NCBI RefSeq assembly: GCF_009914755.1
Contig: NC_060943.1
Source: the human T2T-CHM13v2.0 reference genome, Homo sapiens
Direction: 5' to 3' (one strand)
Length of the DNA: 64,000 bases
In this document: piece by piece, positions 58,848-64,000 of the stretch
How the letters are laid out: each line of letters starts with the position of its first letter
Position numbering within the stretch: position 1 is the first letter of the stretch
Position numbers and translations under genes: made by a program
The notes under the pieces: generated by a model
The model's input: the letters and a program-made list of their open reading frames with translations, nothing else
The model's database searches: none
Told to the model about the DNA's origin: nothing

Positions 58848-60323
58848 TCAGACATCTTTACTGGAGGACAAAGAACAGTCCTCCAGGATGCCCCAAACCG
58901 TGCCTAGGCAGCAGAGAAGCTGGCTGTGTACAGAACTGCCGGCAAAGTGTTGTGAACATTCAGATTCCTGAGCCATCCCACACTCTCTTTTATTTATTCA
59001 GCATGTCCCTGGGGTATAGCCAGTTTTGGCAACCACAGCTCTGGAAGGGGGCAAACTCACCATCTCTTTCTTGGCATTCTCTAATGTTATCAAAGGAGGT
59101 GCTGTTGGCATTTTCGGTGCAACACTTGTTGCTCTTCAGGGCTGTCCTGTGCATTGCAGATTGTTTAGCCTTCTTGGCAAATGCCCACTAAATGTCAGTA
59201 GCATCCCTAGTCATGTGATAACCAGACATACCCACATACATTTGCAAACACCTCCTCTCACCTGCCATCAAGGTGACAGAAGAGTCTACACTTTCCTCTC
59301 ACCAAATGGCATTTCCAAAGTTTGCCTGACTACAAAGTTTGGTGTGCTGGGGTTCTCCTCTCCTTCCTAGGAATCTTCTCAAGTCCTTCAACCCCCAATT
59401 GCTCAATACCTCTTTTCCAGAAAGAACTTAACTCATTTACTATAAAGTGTGGCAGGGCTCCATGTGCATTATCTTTATAGATTCACTTTGCAGACATAAC
59501 ATTTCTGTAGCCAAAGGAATGAATCTCTAATACCAGAATCTTACCTATCACCTAGCAAATGGGAATGGATGGGCAAGAAGTCATTGCAGCCTCCTCAAAT
59601 GACTGTAGTAGGTAGTTCCTGGACCCCCACTAATACAAATTACTAATGTTGACCAGGTAGAAAGATTTAGAATGTTATTAGCGTTGCAGACAGAAGCAGT
59701 TTAACAGCAGGCAGCCAGAAACCAGCCCCAACCATTGGTTCTAATCTTTAACACATCTGCCAGCTGGAGGTTTAATTTATCAATCAGCAGCAGCATTACT
59801 ATACTGGCTTTAAGAATGTTATTCAATTGAACAGGGCTAGCATCTTTGAAATAAATGCCCCAAATAAATAACTGCAAATTGCATTCATTTGACTGCTAAA
59901 ACAATTATCAGCAAATCTAGTCATGTTGAGTTGCAAAAATGGATCGGCCAAAAGACATTTGGTCTCTGCCTTCTGGTCTGGATACCCATGGGGAATGAGT
60001 ATCAAGATCTTTGGGAGGTGGAGGATAAAAATGACAAAGCCAAATTTGATCATCCAGACATCTGCGGGTCATGATGTAGGCACCCAAGAGTGAATTCAGA
60101 GACGGAATGTGGCTGCAACTTTGGGCATTACATTGCATAGCAGCATGTGCTCTGCAAGCTTCCAAAAACGAATGAGGCAAAGCCTAATTCTGGACACAGA
60201 CCTGGTTTCAAATCCTAGCTCTCGAAATTCCTAGTAGTGTGCATTTGGAAAGGTGCTTCCCCTCTCTCAACTTCGGCTTCCTCAATAAAATGAAGACAAG
60301 ACTCCTTACCCTACAGGTTGCTA

Positions 60324-62847
<2,524 letters not shown>

Positions 62848-64000
62848 TTATATATGTAGGCAATTTGGCAACTACCATAAAAACATACAAGAACTATCAG
62901 GGGATAATGAAAGTTTGAGGGATAACAGATCATTTACATAGTGTCAGAGTATCTTCCCAAAGACAACTGTTAATTTTAATGGTCAAAACAGTAACCTGAT
63001 AGTGGAGCACCCTGGCAGATAAGCAAGTGACGGGCAAATCACGTGCCTCCTAGAATGACATACCAAGAAGGCTGCAACATCGCTTCTAGGAACTTCTGCC
63101 AAAAATGCATGATTTGAATAATTGGTAAACAACCATGTTCAGATTAAGGGGCACTTTATACAATAAGTATTCTTTGGAAGTGTTAATGTCGTGAAGCCCA
63201 GATAAAGACAGAACAACTGGTCCAGAGTAAAGGAAATGTGACTGACCAAATTCAACAAGTGAGCCAGGACCTCCTTTTGCTACAAAGGACGCTATTGGAA
63301 CAATTGGTGACATCTGAATAAGATCTGTAGATTACATAATAACAGTGTTCATATGCTAATTTCCTAATTTTGATCATTGTGCTGTGCTTATGTAAGAGAA
63401 TGCCCTGTTTTGGGAAACACACTGAATTATATAGGGTTAAAGGGCCATGATATCTACAAATTACTCTCAGTGGTCAACGGTCGGGGTAAGGAGAGAAAGA
63501 GAGAGAGAGAGGATAAAGTAAAGTGTAAGTGGTAAAATGTTAACATTTGAGAAACCTGGATAAGTGATATAGGCGACTTCTTTGTACCAGTCTTACAACT
63601 TTTTGGTAAATCTGAAATTTCAACAAAATAAAAAGTTAAAATAAATGAGTGGCTACAAAAATTGCAGAGGCACAAGGTTCATTCATTCTCCTGACTGTAT
63701 GGAACATCTGCCATGTGCCCAGTAATTTTGCCAGCACAGAACAAGGCAGACAGAATTTCCCGTTGTCGTGAGGTTGAATGGAGATGAGGAATAAATAGAG
63801 TAAATAATAAGGAAAATACATAGTATGTCAGATGAGGCTAAGTGCTAAGGAGAGAAACAAAGCAGGAAAGGGAATAGAGGGTGCTGCCATTGGGAATTAG
63901 AGTCAAATGCGTCTCTGAAACAGGTTTTGTTATGCAAAATAGCAGCCCCCTGCCTCCCTCCATGTTTCATATCCCCCTCCTGAAAGATACTCACTATCAA

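Overview
Primate (almost certainly human) genomic DNA holding the 5' end of CACNA1A (Cav2.1, P/Q-type Ca2+ channel alpha-1A) on the minus strand. Coding exon 1 is 53585-53293 inside a CpG-island promoter, exon 2 is 2618-2513 and exon 3 is 421-282. Intron 1 (53292-2619, 50,674 bp) is a minor-spliceosome AT-AC intron with donor ATATCCTTT, branch site TTCCTTAAT and acceptor AC. The rest is repeat-dense (about 45-50 Alu copies or fragments, old L1/L2/MIR, MaLR/ERVL LTRs, DNA transposons) with an Alu-poor zone around the promoter. Most notable observations: (1) an FMR1/NOTCH2NLC-like 5'UTR layout, where an ATG uORF reads a (GCG)8 repeat as polyglycine and overlaps the main ORF out of frame; (2) a U2 acceptor 1 nt before the main ATG and an exonic U2 donor that could bypass the U12 intron in frame; (3) a degraded intronless copy of oocyte linker histone H1-8 (H1FOO) in intron 1; (4) a near-consensus REST/RE1 site; (5) a template-switch-type inverted duplication upstream. 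Repeat family names and boundaries are by eye and approximate; no database search was run.
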